From a virus, in the IMG/VR virus record IMGVR_UViG_3300014819_000003, positions 27,276 through 91,275 of that record: a DNA stretch of 64,000 nucleotides, one strand, 5' to 3'. A program made the translations under genes and the position numbers. Each line of letters opens with the position of its first letter. Positions within the stretch are counted from its first letter, which is position 1. The notes beneath the pieces were generated by a model, which was not told the origin of the DNA, made no database searches, and saw nothing but the letters and a program-made list of their open reading frames with translations. Below, in pieces: positions 49,088-58,401 of the stretch.

Positions 49088-50158
49088 ATGCCATATCGTG
49101 TAGGTGCTAAAGGGTCTTACGGTTGTTCTGGCTACCCTGCCCTTAAAGTGGGTACAAATGAAGTAATGGGGTGCCATGATACACGAGCACAGGCTGCTGC
49201 ACAAATTTATGCTATTAATCGAAGCGAAGGCAAAATTGGAAAAGCCATGAATGAAATCAAAGAAGGCGATTTTGTTATGGGTGCAACCACAGAAGGTTTA
49301 ATTCATGGTATGGTTGAACACATTATGACTGAGGGTGGAGTTCTTGGAACACCTGGAACTAGATATGCTCTTGAGTCAATGCCACCAGAAAATCCTGCTA
49401 TGTCTGTTAGGGTTTATAAAGAAGAAGATGGTGGTTGGGAACCTACTGCTTACAGCATTGGAATGATGTATGCAGATGCAGAAAAAATAGATATTGAGGA
49501 GCATAATATGGATGCTGAAGAAACAATGAAATCATATCATTCTGATAATGAAGATGAAGATAAATGGGATAACATTAGAAAAGAGTGTTGGGTTGGATAC
49601 GAACAGCAGGGTATGAAAGAAAAAAATGGACGTATGGTTCCAAACTGTGTTCCAGTAAAAAAATCTGATGATATTGATAAAGCAAAAAAGCCAAACTATG
49701 ATGAAATGATTAAGCCACGTCGTGGAGGATCTACACCTGCTAATCCAAGGCTCTATGCAAGAATTCAGCGTGAAGCAAAAGATAAGTTTGATGTATATCC
49801 ATCAGCAGTAGCAAATGGATGGGTAGTACAAGAATATAAGCGTCGTGGTGGAACCTATAAGAGCGATGGTATTGAAGCAGAGAAGCGTGAATTCTCTACA
49901 GCATCTCGTGAAAGAATGGCAGAGGCTGGAACTGCAATGCCAGATGGATCTTTTCCAATTGCAAATGCTAATGATCTTCGTAATGCAATTCAGTCTGTAG
50001 GTCGTGCAAAAAATTATGAGGCTGCGAAGAGACATATTATTCGTCGTGCAAGAGCACTCGGTATGACAGATATGCTTCCAGAAGATTGGCGTAACTCTAC
50101 TAAGAAGGGTGGCGATTGGGCTGGATCAGTATTTGATCTTAATCCTTTCGTAAAGTAA
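49088..50158 (+). CDS. Modular protein of small head-associated-type domains (putative capsid cargo)
   Basis: At least five short modules separated by K-S/K-A/K-E sites; C-terminal WAGSVF; leaderless. Confidence 0.6.
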   Translation: MPYRVGAKGSYGCSGYPALKVGTNEVMGCHDTRAQAAAQIYAINRSEGKIGKAMNEIKEGDFVMGATTEGLIHGMVEHIMTEGGVLGTPGTRYALESMPPENPAMSVRVYKEEDGGWEPTAYSIGMMYADAEKIDIEEHNMDAEETMKSYHSDNEDEDKWDNIRKECWVGYEQQGMKEKNGRMVPNCVPVKKSDDIDKAKKPNYDEMIKPRRGGSTPANPRLYARIQREAKDKFDVYPSAVANGWVVQEYKRRGGTYKSDGIEAEKREFSTASRERMAEAGTAMPDGSFPIANANDLRNAIQSVGRAKNYEAAKRHIIRRARALGMTDMLPEDWRNSTKKGGDWAGSVFDLNPFVK

Positions 50159-50298
50159 TGTCATCAGGAAAATATAAAAGACATGATGGTTTTAATCCAG
50201 TTCAGATTAAAGATGGAAACATTGTTCGTCTTCGTAAAGATGGAACAGTAAAAGCAATTCTTGGAAAATACGGGGAGTATAAGAAAAATGACAAATAA
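50158..50298 (+). CDS. Small basic protein (46 aa, not in ORF track)
   Basis: MSSGKYKRHDGFNPVQIKDGNIVRLRKDGTVKAILG..; TAATG coupling. Confidence 0.6.
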   Translation: MSSGKYKRHDGFNPVQIKDGNIVRLRKDGTVKAILGKYGEYKKNDK

Positions 50299-50689
50299 CA
50301 TTAAGGTTGTACAGCCATCAGACATACATAAAGAAGAAACATATACACCAACTTCAGGTATGAAATCTGCTGCTCGCCGTGCTCTTCGTTGGAAAGAAGA
50401 AGGCAAGGCAAAAGGTGCAGGAACTCCAGTAGGTTGGGGTCGTGCAACAGATATTGTAGCGGGTAGATCAATGTCTCTCTCTACAGTAAAAAGAATGTAC
50501 TCTTTCTTTTCTCGTCATGAAGTTGACAAAAAAGGAAAAGACTTCTATAATAATAGTAACCCTTCCAATGGTCGCATCATGTGGGATGCATGGGGAGGAG
50601 ACGCAGGATTTTCTTGGTCACGTAAAATTGTAGAACGTGAAAAGAATCGTGCACAAAAGGCTTGGGAAGGCAGCGCATTTAATCGCTAG
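50288..50689 (+). CDS. Head-associated-type domain protein (putative capsid cargo)
   Basis: PTSGMKSAARRAL..TVKRMYSFFSRHE..WGGDAG; C-terminal KAWEGSAF. Confidence 0.65.
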   Translation: MTNNIKVVQPSDIHKEETYTPTSGMKSAARRALRWKEEGKAKGAGTPVGWGRATDIVAGRSMSLSTVKRMYSFFSRHEVDKKGKDFYNNSNPSNGRIMWDAWGGDAGFSWSRKIVEREKNRAQKAWEGSAFNR

Positions 50690-50700
50690 GGGGTAGCGTA

Positions 50701-50871
50701 ATGGAAGATTTAAGTATTGAAGATTTAAAACAGTTGATTTCTTTTTATAAACAAAGATCATCTGAGTTAGAGTTTTCTAATTTGCAATGGCAGTTGAGAT
50801 ATGCTAAATTACAATCATCTTTATCTCAGCCAATTCCAGCAACTAAGGTAACAAAAACAAAATCTGAGTAG
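50701..50871 (+). CDS. Small coiled-coil protein (56 aa, not in ORF track)
   Basis: MEDLSIEDLKQLISFYKQRSSELEF..; fills gap after GGGGG SD. Confidence 0.6.
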   Translation: MEDLSIEDLKQLISFYKQRSSELEFSNLQWQLRYAKLQSSLSQPIPATKVTKTKSE

Positions 50872-50882
50872 CGGATAATAAA

Positions 50883-51299
50883 ATGGAATACGCACTTGCT
50901 AGTGTATTTGCTTTAGCATTGTCTTTTATTTTAATAAGTTTAATTGGATCTAGAAAAAAATTATCAAGAAAAAAAATAATTTATCGTCAAAGCGATACGC
51001 ATAATTTTCTTAAAGAGTTCTTTTCAAGAGATACTGAAATGGAAAATAAAACAACACAGTCTAAAAAAAGGCAAGAAGAGCGTGGAACAAAGATTATTGT
51101 TACAGAAGATGATAAGGCATATTGGGTAATAGATAATATTTTTTATACTACAAATGTTATAAATGGTAGGCCAGACTTTGATAATGCAAGGCCTATAGAT
51201 ACTTCAAATATGTCTAAGAAAGAACTTGACAAAATGCTTTTTATACTGGATAATTTAGGTAGAGGTGATAAGAATGAACGTGGTAGTTCAGGGAACTAG
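50883..51299 (+). CDS. N-terminally membrane-anchored hypothetical protein
   Basis: Hydrophobic N-helix then basic patch. Confidence 0.6.
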   Translation: MEYALASVFALALSFILISLIGSRKKLSRKKIIYRQSDTHNFLKEFFSRDTEMENKTTQSKKRQEERGTKIIVTEDDKAYWVIDNIFYTTNVINGRPDFDNARPIDTSNMSKKELDKMLFILDNLGRGDKNERGSSGN

Positions 51300-51624
51300 C
51301 GATTTTAACGAATATAACATATTCCTTCGTGCTATGGGAGTTGCTATGTCTGGCATGTCTGAAGATGATATAGAGTTAAATGTTTATTCTGTAGGCCCTG
51401 CCAAAATTAATTCTATGGTTATGGAGTTTGTGAATCTTTCAGAACGTGGAATGAAGGCTAGAGGTAAAAAGATTAGGTACTATAAGGTTCCGTTTTCTTG
51501 GGTAGAAGAAAATATGGAATACATGAATTACTTTGCGTTTATGAGTAAACCAAAGCAGCCAGTATCAAAATTGATAGCCAAGGCAGAATTACAAGGGAAA
51601 GAAATAGGAATTTTTAGGTATTAA
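51274..51624 (+). CDS. SLOG/YspA-like Rossmannoid protein
   Basis: VVVQGTSDFNEY resembles the SLOG start motif; SD GAGGTG. Confidence 0.45.
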   Translation: MNVVVQGTSDFNEYNIFLRAMGVAMSGMSEDDIELNVYSVGPAKINSMVMEFVNLSERGMKARGKKIRYYKVPFSWVEENMEYMNYFAFMSKPKQPVSKLIAKAELQGKEIGIFRY

Positions 51625-51625
51625 T

Positions 51626-52588
51626 ATGACACAACAAGATCCAAGATTTTTTTGCTACAAAGAAGAATACTTTGGTGGCACAGAATATATGGCTAGATAT
51701 TTTCATAAAAATGTAGCCCCATTTTTGCCACAACTAAAACAATACAACTGTTTAATTTTGCCAGGGCAAACAGATAAACCATATGCTGAATTGATATACG
51801 AACCAAAAGAAATTATTATATGGCTACATAATCTAGTAGATCAATTTGGTTTTCAACTTTATCATCTTTTTACAGATAAAAGATTTATAGATAAAATCAA
51901 ATACATAATTACTGTATCTGAATATCATAGACAAGACGTTATTAACAAGACTGGTATTGATCCAAACAAAGTTATTGTTATCTATAACGCTATTGATCCT
52001 ATTGAAAATGATCTTTCAAGGTTTGAAAATGTAGATGTTCCACAACTCATATACACATCTTCGCCAGGACGAGGGTTGGAAATAGGTTTAACTGCACTAT
52101 CCAAATTAGATATTGAATTTAGACTTAGTATTTTCAATGAAATAGTTCCAGACCTAGTAAGAATAGATGATGGCAATAGAAAAATACTAGAAGATCCACG
52201 TTTCTTTTTCTATGGTAAAACCCCGCATAAAACAGTTCTAGATCATATGTCACGTTCGCATATCTTCATGCATACAAGTAATTGGCATGAAACGTTCTGC
52301 TTGTCTCTTGTAGAGGGCCTAAGTGCTAACTGTTTGTCTGTATACAGTACTTTTGGATCTTTAGGGGAAGTAGGATCTGGATTTGGTTTGCCATACGATA
52401 TAGAAAATAATACACAAAAAGATATAGAAAAGCATGTACAAGTTTTTTCTAATAAGATTACTAAAGCAATTGAAATGATCAAAAAGGGAGATTTTGATCC
52501 AGGTAATCAAGCAGAAACTATAAATAATAAGTTTTCTTGGGATAACTTTAAAAATGCTTGGATTGATTTTTATGAAAAGAGAATATAA
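51626..52588 (+). CDS. Glycosyltransferase GT-B (GT4-like)
   Basis: GGTE, WLHN, VSEYH, YTSSPGRGL, ETFCLSLVE. Confidence 0.85.
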   Translation: MTQQDPRFFCYKEEYFGGTEYMARYFHKNVAPFLPQLKQYNCLILPGQTDKPYAELIYEPKEIIIWLHNLVDQFGFQLYHLFTDKRFIDKIKYIITVSEYHRQDVINKTGIDPNKVIVIYNAIDPIENDLSRFENVDVPQLIYTSSPGRGLEIGLTALSKLDIEFRLSIFNEIVPDLVRIDDGNRKILEDPRFFFYGKTPHKTVLDHMSRSHIFMHTSNWHETFCLSLVEGLSANCLSVYSTFGSLGEVGSGFGLPYDIENNTQKDIEKHVQVFSNKITKAIEMIKKGDFDPGNQAETINNKFSWDNFKNAWIDFYEKRI

Positions 52589-52798
52589 GTGATTATAAAA
52601 GATTTAAATCAAATGGAAAAAATAGTTTCCAAAAACAAAAACCTAAATTGGGTTGGTTGGGATATTGCAGATCGTCGTCGTACAGAGGCTGGCAGAACTG
52701 CTATTAACGGTGTTAGAGTAGATGGTCAATGGTACGTCCAGACAATTTATCCACTTACTAGCAACGGATGGGATTTACCGAATAAGTATAGGATGTAA
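52589..52798 (+). CDS. Hypothetical protein
   Basis: ORF coupled between GT and WhiB. Confidence 0.6.
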   Translation: MIIKDLNQMEKIVSKNKNLNWVGWDIADRRRTEAGRTAINGVRVDGQWYVQTIYPLTSNGWDLPNKYRM

Positions 52799-52801
52799 GC
52801 C

Positions 52802-53083
52802 ATGAAGCAGCACCTCTGGAAAGATGATGCTTTGTGTCTAGGATCAGATACAAATATATTCTTTGATGTATATGAAGAAAAAACAGATACAAGAGAGTTT
52901 GTTGATTCTCTTTGTCGTACCTGCCCAGTAGCAAGACAATGTTTTGCTGTTGGTGTCTCTGGTAAAGAGTGGGGCATATGGGGCGGGGTATATTTAGAAG
53001 AAGGCGAAATATCAAAAGAATTTAATAATCATAAGACTAAACAAGATTGGTCTTATACTTGGCAAGCATTAACGATGGGATAG
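52802..53083 (+). CDS. whiB: WhiB-family Fe-S transcription factor
   Basis: W..ALC..FF..CRTCPV..C..GIWGG. Confidence 0.9.
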   Translation: MKQHLWKDDALCLGSDTNIFFDVYEEKTDTREFVDSLCRTCPVARQCFAVGVSGKEWGIWGGVYLEEGEISKEFNNHKTKQDWSYTWQALTMG

Positions 53084-53085
53084 TT

Positions 53086-53316
53086 ATGTATACGGATAAT
53101 ATGCGTAGGGCTTTTCGTTCTATACCTGCTCCAAATAATTTTGCTATTTCTCTTATTGACAATGAGCACTTTCTTACGATAAAATTAGATGAGAAGTCGT
53201 TCTTGCCATTAACACATGACGAGAAAATAGAAGCGGTGAAATACGTCACCCTTGTTAAGAAGGCTTTAGAGATGGAGGGGGCTGTTGTGCTAGTAACACG
53301 AGAGCCATTAAAATGA
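53086..53316 (+). CDS. Hypothetical protein
   Basis: ORF after WhiB. Confidence 0.65.
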   Translation: MYTDNMRRAFRSIPAPNNFAISLIDNEHFLTIKLDEKSFLPLTHDEKIEAVKYVTLVKKALEMEGAVVLVTREPLK

Positions 53317-53444
53317 TAAAATTATTATTCAAATCTTTAGTTTGCATTGCCAAAGATCATCAGTTTATTGATGTTGGCAAATGCCCCTTTACTGGTAACA
53401 AATATAAAATGTGCACAAGGTGTCAAGAAATGGTAACAGCATAA
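53313..53444 (+). CDS. Small Cys/His zinc-binding protein (43 aa, not in ORF track)
   Basis: MIKLLFKSLVCIAKDH..CPFTG..CTRC; overlaps both neighbours. Confidence 0.55.
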   Translation: MIKLLFKSLVCIAKDHQFIDVGKCPFTGNKYKMCTRCQEMVTA

Positions 53445-53941
53445 TGCAAACCTTTTTACCTCATTCAACATTTACTAAATGTGCTCAGGCTCTTGATAAT
53501 AAAAGACTAAACAAGCAGATACTTGAAGGCTATCAGATTCTTAATGTTAATTCTGGTATGTCAAAAACTGGTGGATGGCGTAATCATCCTGCAGTTCTTA
53601 TGTGGAAAGGTCATGAAGGCAGTCTACTTGAATACATAGGAGAGATGGTAAAAGAAGCAAAACTTCGTGGCATAAATACCGACGGTAACGAAAATAACAT
53701 TAAAGCCTTATTTAATAAGGTAGGAGACATGTGGAATTATGATGTTCCAACATGGATGCATGATAATGTAAAACTTATGCGTGTTATTACTACACATAGA
53801 TCAAACCTATTTAAGAAAGATCCTTTGTATTATGCTAGGTATCAGGTTGCTATGAATAGTCCTTATAATACTCCTTGCTGCCCTGATCGTAAAATACCGT
53901 GCCAGTACTACTGGGTAACACATGAAAGTAGAGTACAATAG
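53444..53941 (+). CDS. Pyrimidine-dimer DNA glycosylase (DenV/MSMEG_6728-like)
   Basis: MQTFLP, LDNKRLNKQ, HPAVLMWKG, HRSNL..KDP. Confidence 0.8.
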   Translation: MQTFLPHSTFTKCAQALDNKRLNKQILEGYQILNVNSGMSKTGGWRNHPAVLMWKGHEGSLLEYIGEMVKEAKLRGINTDGNENNIKALFNKVGDMWNYDVPTWMHDNVKLMRVITTHRSNLFKKDPLYYARYQVAMNSPYNTPCCPDRKIPCQYYWVTHESRVQ

Positions 53942-53945
53942 TAGT

Positions 53946-54380
53946 ATGGAGATATTAACAATAGTATTAGGAATCTTTACAATATCTTTTGCAATAGCAT
54001 ATGCTGTATCTGTATCAAGAATAAAAAAAATGACAGAAGCGTTTGCTCAAGTTCTAATAAGTCAGGCTCAACTAGAAGCAGCATATGAAAATTATGCAAA
54101 AGCAAAAAGCATTGTTGATGATACAGATGTTCATACTCAAAGTTTTATTAAATTTCTTTCAGATTCTCGTGACTGGGCATTTCAGTATATTGAAGAAGTT
54201 CAGGGTGGTTTAAAAAAGTTTATAAATGAAATACAGCCACAAATAGAATACTATGACAAATATGGCGCTGCGGTTGAAGGTATGGTTGCTCCACATGATT
54301 TTGCATTGAAAAAGATATCTGCAGAATTAAAAGAGTTAAAAAAACTTTTACCAGAAGAAACGCCAGATGATAGACGCTAG
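53946..54380 (+). CDS. Membrane-anchored coiled-coil protein
   Basis: Leaderless TACAAT-N6-ATG; N-terminal TM. Confidence 0.6.
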   Translation: MEILTIVLGIFTISFAIAYAVSVSRIKKMTEAFAQVLISQAQLEAAYENYAKAKSIVDDTDVHTQSFIKFLSDSRDWAFQYIEEVQGGLKKFINEIQPQIEYYDKYGAAVEGMVAPHDFALKKISAELKELKKLLPEETPDDRR

Positions 54381-54564
54381 AGGAATACCAACCTGCAGAT
54401 GCCCAAACTGTGGAGATACCTTGTTTAGGGCATTAGTTTCTTTTGATCCAGATACTTATACAATAGGAATGTACCATTTAGATATTCAATGTCACAGTTG
54501 TGGTGCACTTGCTACTGCTCCGACACCATTAGATAACCCTACAGAAACCAATGATCAAATATAA
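54367..54564 (+). CDS. Small zinc-ribbon protein
   Basis: CPNCG..CHSCG..TAPTP. Confidence 0.65.
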   Translation: MIDARGIPTCRCPNCGDTLFRALVSFDPDTYTIGMYHLDIQCHSCGALATAPTPLDNPTETNDQI

Positions 54565-54718
54565 ATTAAAACGAGCAGAAGAAGTTTATGCATATGATTA
54601 CCCAGTATGCGAGATAAAAGATTGCACAGAAAAAAGTGACAGACTTGCAATGACAGAAACAAGATTTGTTGACTTCTGTAAAAAACATCACGAAGAATAT
54701 ATATTGGGAGAGTTATGA
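54551..54718 (+). CDS. Small zinc-binding protein (55 aa, not in ORF track)
   Basis: CEIKDC..FCKKH; overlaps both neighbours. Confidence 0.55.
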   Translation: MIKYKLKRAEEVYAYDYPVCEIKDCTEKSDRLAMTETRFVDFCKKHHEEYILGEL

Positions 54719-54873
54719 GAGAAATATTACTATCAGTATTAACAGGTTTTGGATGCGGTATTGCATTTGCTGCATTCAAATTGCCAGTTCCAGCCCCGCC
54801 AGTTTTTTCAGGCGTAGCAGGAATTATTGGGCTTTGGGCTGGCTATGCTATACTAGTTAAAGTCATATCCTAG
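54715..54873 (+). CDS. XapX-domain (DUF1427-like) small membrane protein (not in ORF track)
   Basis: MREILLSVLTGFGCGIAFAAFKLPVPAPPVFSGVAGIIGLWAGY. Confidence 0.8.
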   Translation: MREILLSVLTGFGCGIAFAAFKLPVPAPPVFSGVAGIIGLWAGYAILVKVIS

Positions 54874-54882
54874 GAGGAACAA

Positions 54883-55134
54883 ATGACACAAAAAGAACTA
54901 AAGGCAATGCTTGCATCATACGCACGTTCAGTCGTTGGTGCAGCAGCAGCGCTGTACGCTGCAGGAGTAACAGATCCAAAAGATCTATGGGCAGCACTTG
55001 TTGGTGCGCTAATTCCAGTAGCAGCACGTGCAGTCAATCCTAACGATCCAGCATTTGGACGTTTGCCAGCAGCATCTGCTGTTGAGTCGGCTTTGAAGAA
55101 GGCTAAGTCAAAGAAGGCTAAAGACGCAGAGTAA
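54883..55134 (+). CDS. Holin-like membrane protein
   Basis: SYARSVVGAA..LIPVAARAVNPND.AFG; promoter TGCTATACT 54846-54854, SD GGAGG. Confidence 0.55.
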   Translation: MTQKELKAMLASYARSVVGAAAALYAAGVTDPKDLWAALVGALIPVAARAVNPNDPAFGRLPAASAVESALKKAKSKKAKDAE

Positions 55135-55151
55135 TTAACTATTCTGTTATA

Positions 55152-55187
55152 GAGAGCGGGCTTAGAAATAGGCCCGCTTTTTATTTT
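55152..55187. terminator. Terminator between convergent units
   Basis: AGCGGGC/GCCCGCT stem with T run. Confidence 0.8.
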
Positions 55188-56230
55188 AAAGAATCAAACA
55201 ATTCTAAATATTTATCTTTAAGAATTTCTGGAGAAAAAGATTCAATACCTATATCTAAAGCCTTCTGTTTAAGTTGCATTTGATCCTTTTTTCTCATACT
55301 AATATAGTTGTCAATAAGTCTTGCTAATTGTTTGGGGTCACCTGAATATACATCAATAATAGATTTTGCTCTAAATTCTCCAACTTTTTCTGCATCTATC
55401 AACCATTCTTTTGGCAAAACTTGATTATTAGGTGATAGGTCTGTCATAAAAACTGGAAGCCCACTGATCAATGCTTCATTCATTGGAAGGCAAAGTCCAG
55501 CATATCTTCTTGGCAAAATCATAGCGTCATATCCAGCATATAGATCTTCTCTGTTTTTTATATTTTGATGACGAAACGAAACTCGTGGATCTCGTGGTCT
55601 TCCTTCTAATTCAGTCTGGGAAGTTATAACCAAACTATAATCTTCTTTAGAATATTTTAGCATCTCAAGAACTGTATCTGTACCATTTCTATCTCTGGCA
55701 GCCTTTTTTCCAGCCACATGTAAAATACGATTATGAGTTCTAGCCATGTTTTCATTTCTTGCTTTATTGAATAGACTTATATCTGTTGGTGGGGGTAAAT
55801 GAATAAGTTTAGCCTGATCTCCAAACCTAGTCTGCATTTCTTCAAACTTCCATAGGCTAGGTGCCACAAGAACATCTGGAAGAGACTCATCTTTACGCTC
55901 TATATTGACTAAAAACTCATAGTTATATTGCAGTATTGTTTTAACACCCATGTCTCTTGCTATATCTATAAATAAAGAAGAATAAAATGTTTCACAAGAA
56001 AAAACTACATCTAAATCTCTAAGGAATGATATTATTTCTCCACGCTTAGGAAATCCAAATCTAGTGACTGCTTGTTCATAGCCTTGATACCAATCAATAT
56101 TTTGTTTATTTTTATTAAATGAACTAGAATCAATTATAAGAACTTTTCTTGGATTTAACATTTTTACAAGTTCTCTGGTTTGATTACCGAGGCCAGTATT
56201 ATCGCACCTTACTATCATTCCCAGGTTCAT
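55181..56230 (-). CDS. Glycosyltransferase GT-B (GT4-like)
   Basis: TGLG, DRNGT, GLCLPMNEALISGLPV. Confidence 0.8.
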   Translation of the reverse strand: MNLGMIVRCDNTGLGNQTRELVKMLNPRKVLIIDSSSFNKNKQNIDWYQGYEQAVTRFGFPKRGEIISFLRDLDVVFSCETFYSSLFIDIARDMGVKTILQYNYEFLVNIERKDESLPDVLVAPSLWKFEEMQTRFGDQAKLIHLPPPTDISLFNKARNENMARTHNRILHVAGKKAARDRNGTDTVLEMLKYSKEDYSLVITSQTELEGRPRDPRVSFRHQNIKNREDLYAGYDAMILPRRYAGLCLPMNEALISGLPVFMTDLSPNNQVLPKEWLIDAEKVGEFRAKSIIDVYSGDPKQLARLIDNYISMRKKDQMQLKQKALDIGIESFSPEILKDKYLELFDSLK

Positions 56231-56976
56231 TCTTTATACCCCCAGACTAAATCATCTGTAGTAAACTTTCTTGTTCCTTCACGACCATCTAAATGATATG
56301 ATCTTTTTATTCCACCTTCTGGATGATAGATCCAAAGTTTATGTTTGCTCCAACCAAGATCTCCATGAATTTTGCAGTCTTCAATTACAATACCATGAAA
56401 ACCATCTTCAATAAATGTTCCTTTCCATGCTTTTTGTAAAACCTCATTTCTATAATATATGACTCTAGATAAATGTGGTCTCTGACTCCACTGAGAAGTT
56501 TTCATAAATCCATCTTCTAAACCAAACATTAAATGATTATGTTCGTGTGGAATCTGTTGTTCAAAGTGAAATCTAATTGTATTTGCTTTATCATACTCAA
56601 ACATATCTAAACATTTTTGCCAATCAATATTATCAGATGTAAGTGGTGCATCACCTTCAACATAAAGCAGTATTGGTGTTTTTATTAGATTTATTGTATC
56701 AAGCATCATATTAGTTTGATGCTCATGATTTCTAAATACTACTGGCAATACATTTTTCCACTCGTGCATACACTTCCAAAGAACTCTATTTTTATATTCA
56801 TCATAATCTTTTTTACGATCTCGCTGTTCTTCACGAAGTCCATCTATCTGCATAATTATTTCATTTTCTGGAAAGTGTTTACGAATAGCAGCAACTGTTT
56901 CGTCTATAATTCTGGTATCTGGATGGCTAGGCAAAACCGAGGTAGCCATAACAATAGTAACATCTCTAAGATGCAT
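56227..56976 (-). CDS. Glycosyltransferase GT-A-like
   Basis: IMQIDG, LLYVEGD, HLDGR. Confidence 0.65.
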   Translation of the reverse strand: MHLRDVTIVMATSVLPSHPDTRIIDETVAAIRKHFPENEIIMQIDGLREEQRDRKKDYDEYKNRVLWKCMHEWKNVLPVVFRNHEHQTNMMLDTINLIKTPILLYVEGDAPLTSDNIDWQKCLDMFEYDKANTIRFHFEQQIPHEHNHLMFGLEDGFMKTSQWSQRPHLSRVIYYRNEVLQKAWKGTFIEDGFHGIVIEDCKIHGDLGWSKHKLWIYHPEGGIKRSYHLDGREGTRKFTTDDLVWGYKE

Positions 56977-57832
56977 TTAGATCCTCCATGATTTTAAATG
57001 CAAAATCTCTTTTATATTTAAGCCACCAGCATACCACCTTATGAAGGTTTGCAGGATAGTCATTCATTAGTTCTAGATATATTTTAGATAAATCATTCCA
57101 GTCATGTGTTAGTTGTACTGGTATAGATTTGCCATAAATATAGTCATAGTAGTTTATTTCTCTGCCCTGCGAATCTTTTCTATCTCCTATGGGTAAGGTA
57201 AGCATTTCTATAGCCTCAAAGAATCTAAATGAATCTATTACTTGTGCACCAGATGGTGCTGGAGCAACCTTAGCGCTTGCTAATTTTCGATAGTACTCCT
57301 GTGGTGGGTCACCCTGTGCAAAGCCCTCTGTAGGGCAGTACAGAGCGTTTTCCATGCTGGACATGGCCTTGGCTAACTCCTGCCTGCGTTGATGTGTAAT
57401 CTGTCCGCCAAAATAAATATTATGTTGTTTAATAGGATAATTAGGAAGATTGTTTTTTAGATGTTGAGGAACGCCGATAAAAAATCTATTATATTTTTCG
57501 TGTTTCTGGTGCGGGTATTGAATCCAAATACTTATATTAGGATGTTTAATGGCATCAGCATTAAACAAAGCACACTCATCTCCCGTTATAAATAATACAA
57601 CACGATTAAGGTTTGCTAATTCTTGATTGATTTGTTCTTCACTACCTGCGTTTCCTTGACCTGGTATTACAACAAAAGCCCTATCATCTTTTGGTATATT
57701 ATTTACTACAACTTGTTCTATATGATTACGTTCAAATGAGGATCGTAGTAGTTCATAATCCCATTTGCCATCAGCAGAGTCAAGTAGATTTGTAGAAAAA
57801 ATATAGGCTTTTATCATTTTATAATCTTCCAT
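56966..57832 (-). CDS. Exostosin/GT47-like glycosyltransferase
   Basis: YFGGQ..R, YYRKL..APAPSG..DSFRFFEA. Confidence 0.65.
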   Translation of the reverse strand: MEDYKMIKAYIFSTNLLDSADGKWDYELLRSSFERNHIEQVVVNNIPKDDRAFVVIPGQGNAGSEEQINQELANLNRVVLFITGDECALFNADAIKHPNISIWIQYPHQKHEKYNRFFIGVPQHLKNNLPNYPIKQHNIYFGGQITHQRRQELAKAMSSMENALYCPTEGFAQGDPPQEYYRKLASAKVAPAPSGAQVIDSFRFFEAIEMLTLPIGDRKDSQGREINYYDYIYGKSIPVQLTHDWNDLSKIYLELMNDYPANLHKVVCWWLKYKRDFAFKIMEDLNAS

Positions 57833-58401
57833 AAATCTTCTTCTACAATTAATTTTTCTATTAAATTATTATTGATTTGAGATTCATATTGTTTAATTGC
57901 TTTAATTTTTAAATCTGCATAACTTGTATTTATTTTATATAAGTTATATTTTGAATTAAATTTATATAGTCTTTTTAAATATAGTTCAGGATATAAAATT
58001 TTATATGGCAACTCTGCATAAATAAAATATGTTTTATTAAAATTGTCCATTAAACTAAAAAGAATATTGGATAAAAGTAAATGGTCTGGATGATGTATTC
58101 CCAATGGAATATAAATATTTTCATAATTAATAATAGTATCTTTTATCCAACTCAATAATAAACTTTCATCTTGTTTTCCATAAACATCATCTAATAAATC
58201 ATTATTAATAATGCTTGCACCAATTATTTGACAGGCGTACTCATGTTCTTTACGAAGCAATGTGTGTTTTTTAAAGCCAATATCATCATCAGGAATTCCA
58301 GCAAACGCTGATGCAATGGTAAAATTATTGTTTATACTAATATAGTCTCCCATAGAAAATATTGCATCATCTGTATGTGGAGAAAAAATTAAACTATTCA
58401 T
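57814..58401 (-). CDS. PIG-L/LmbE-family N-deacetylase
   Basis: SPHTDD, R..E, HPDH, YESQ; very AT-rich. Confidence 0.8.
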   Translation of the reverse strand: MNSLIFSPHTDDAIFSMGDYISINNNFTIASAFAGIPDDDIGFKKHTLLRKEHEYACQIIGASIINNDLLDDVYGKQDESLLLSWIKDTIINYENIYIPLGIHHPDHLLLSNILFSLMDNFNKTYFIYAELPYKILYPELYLKRLYKFNSKYNLYKINTSYADLKIKAIKQYESQINNNLIEKLIVEEDLWKIIK

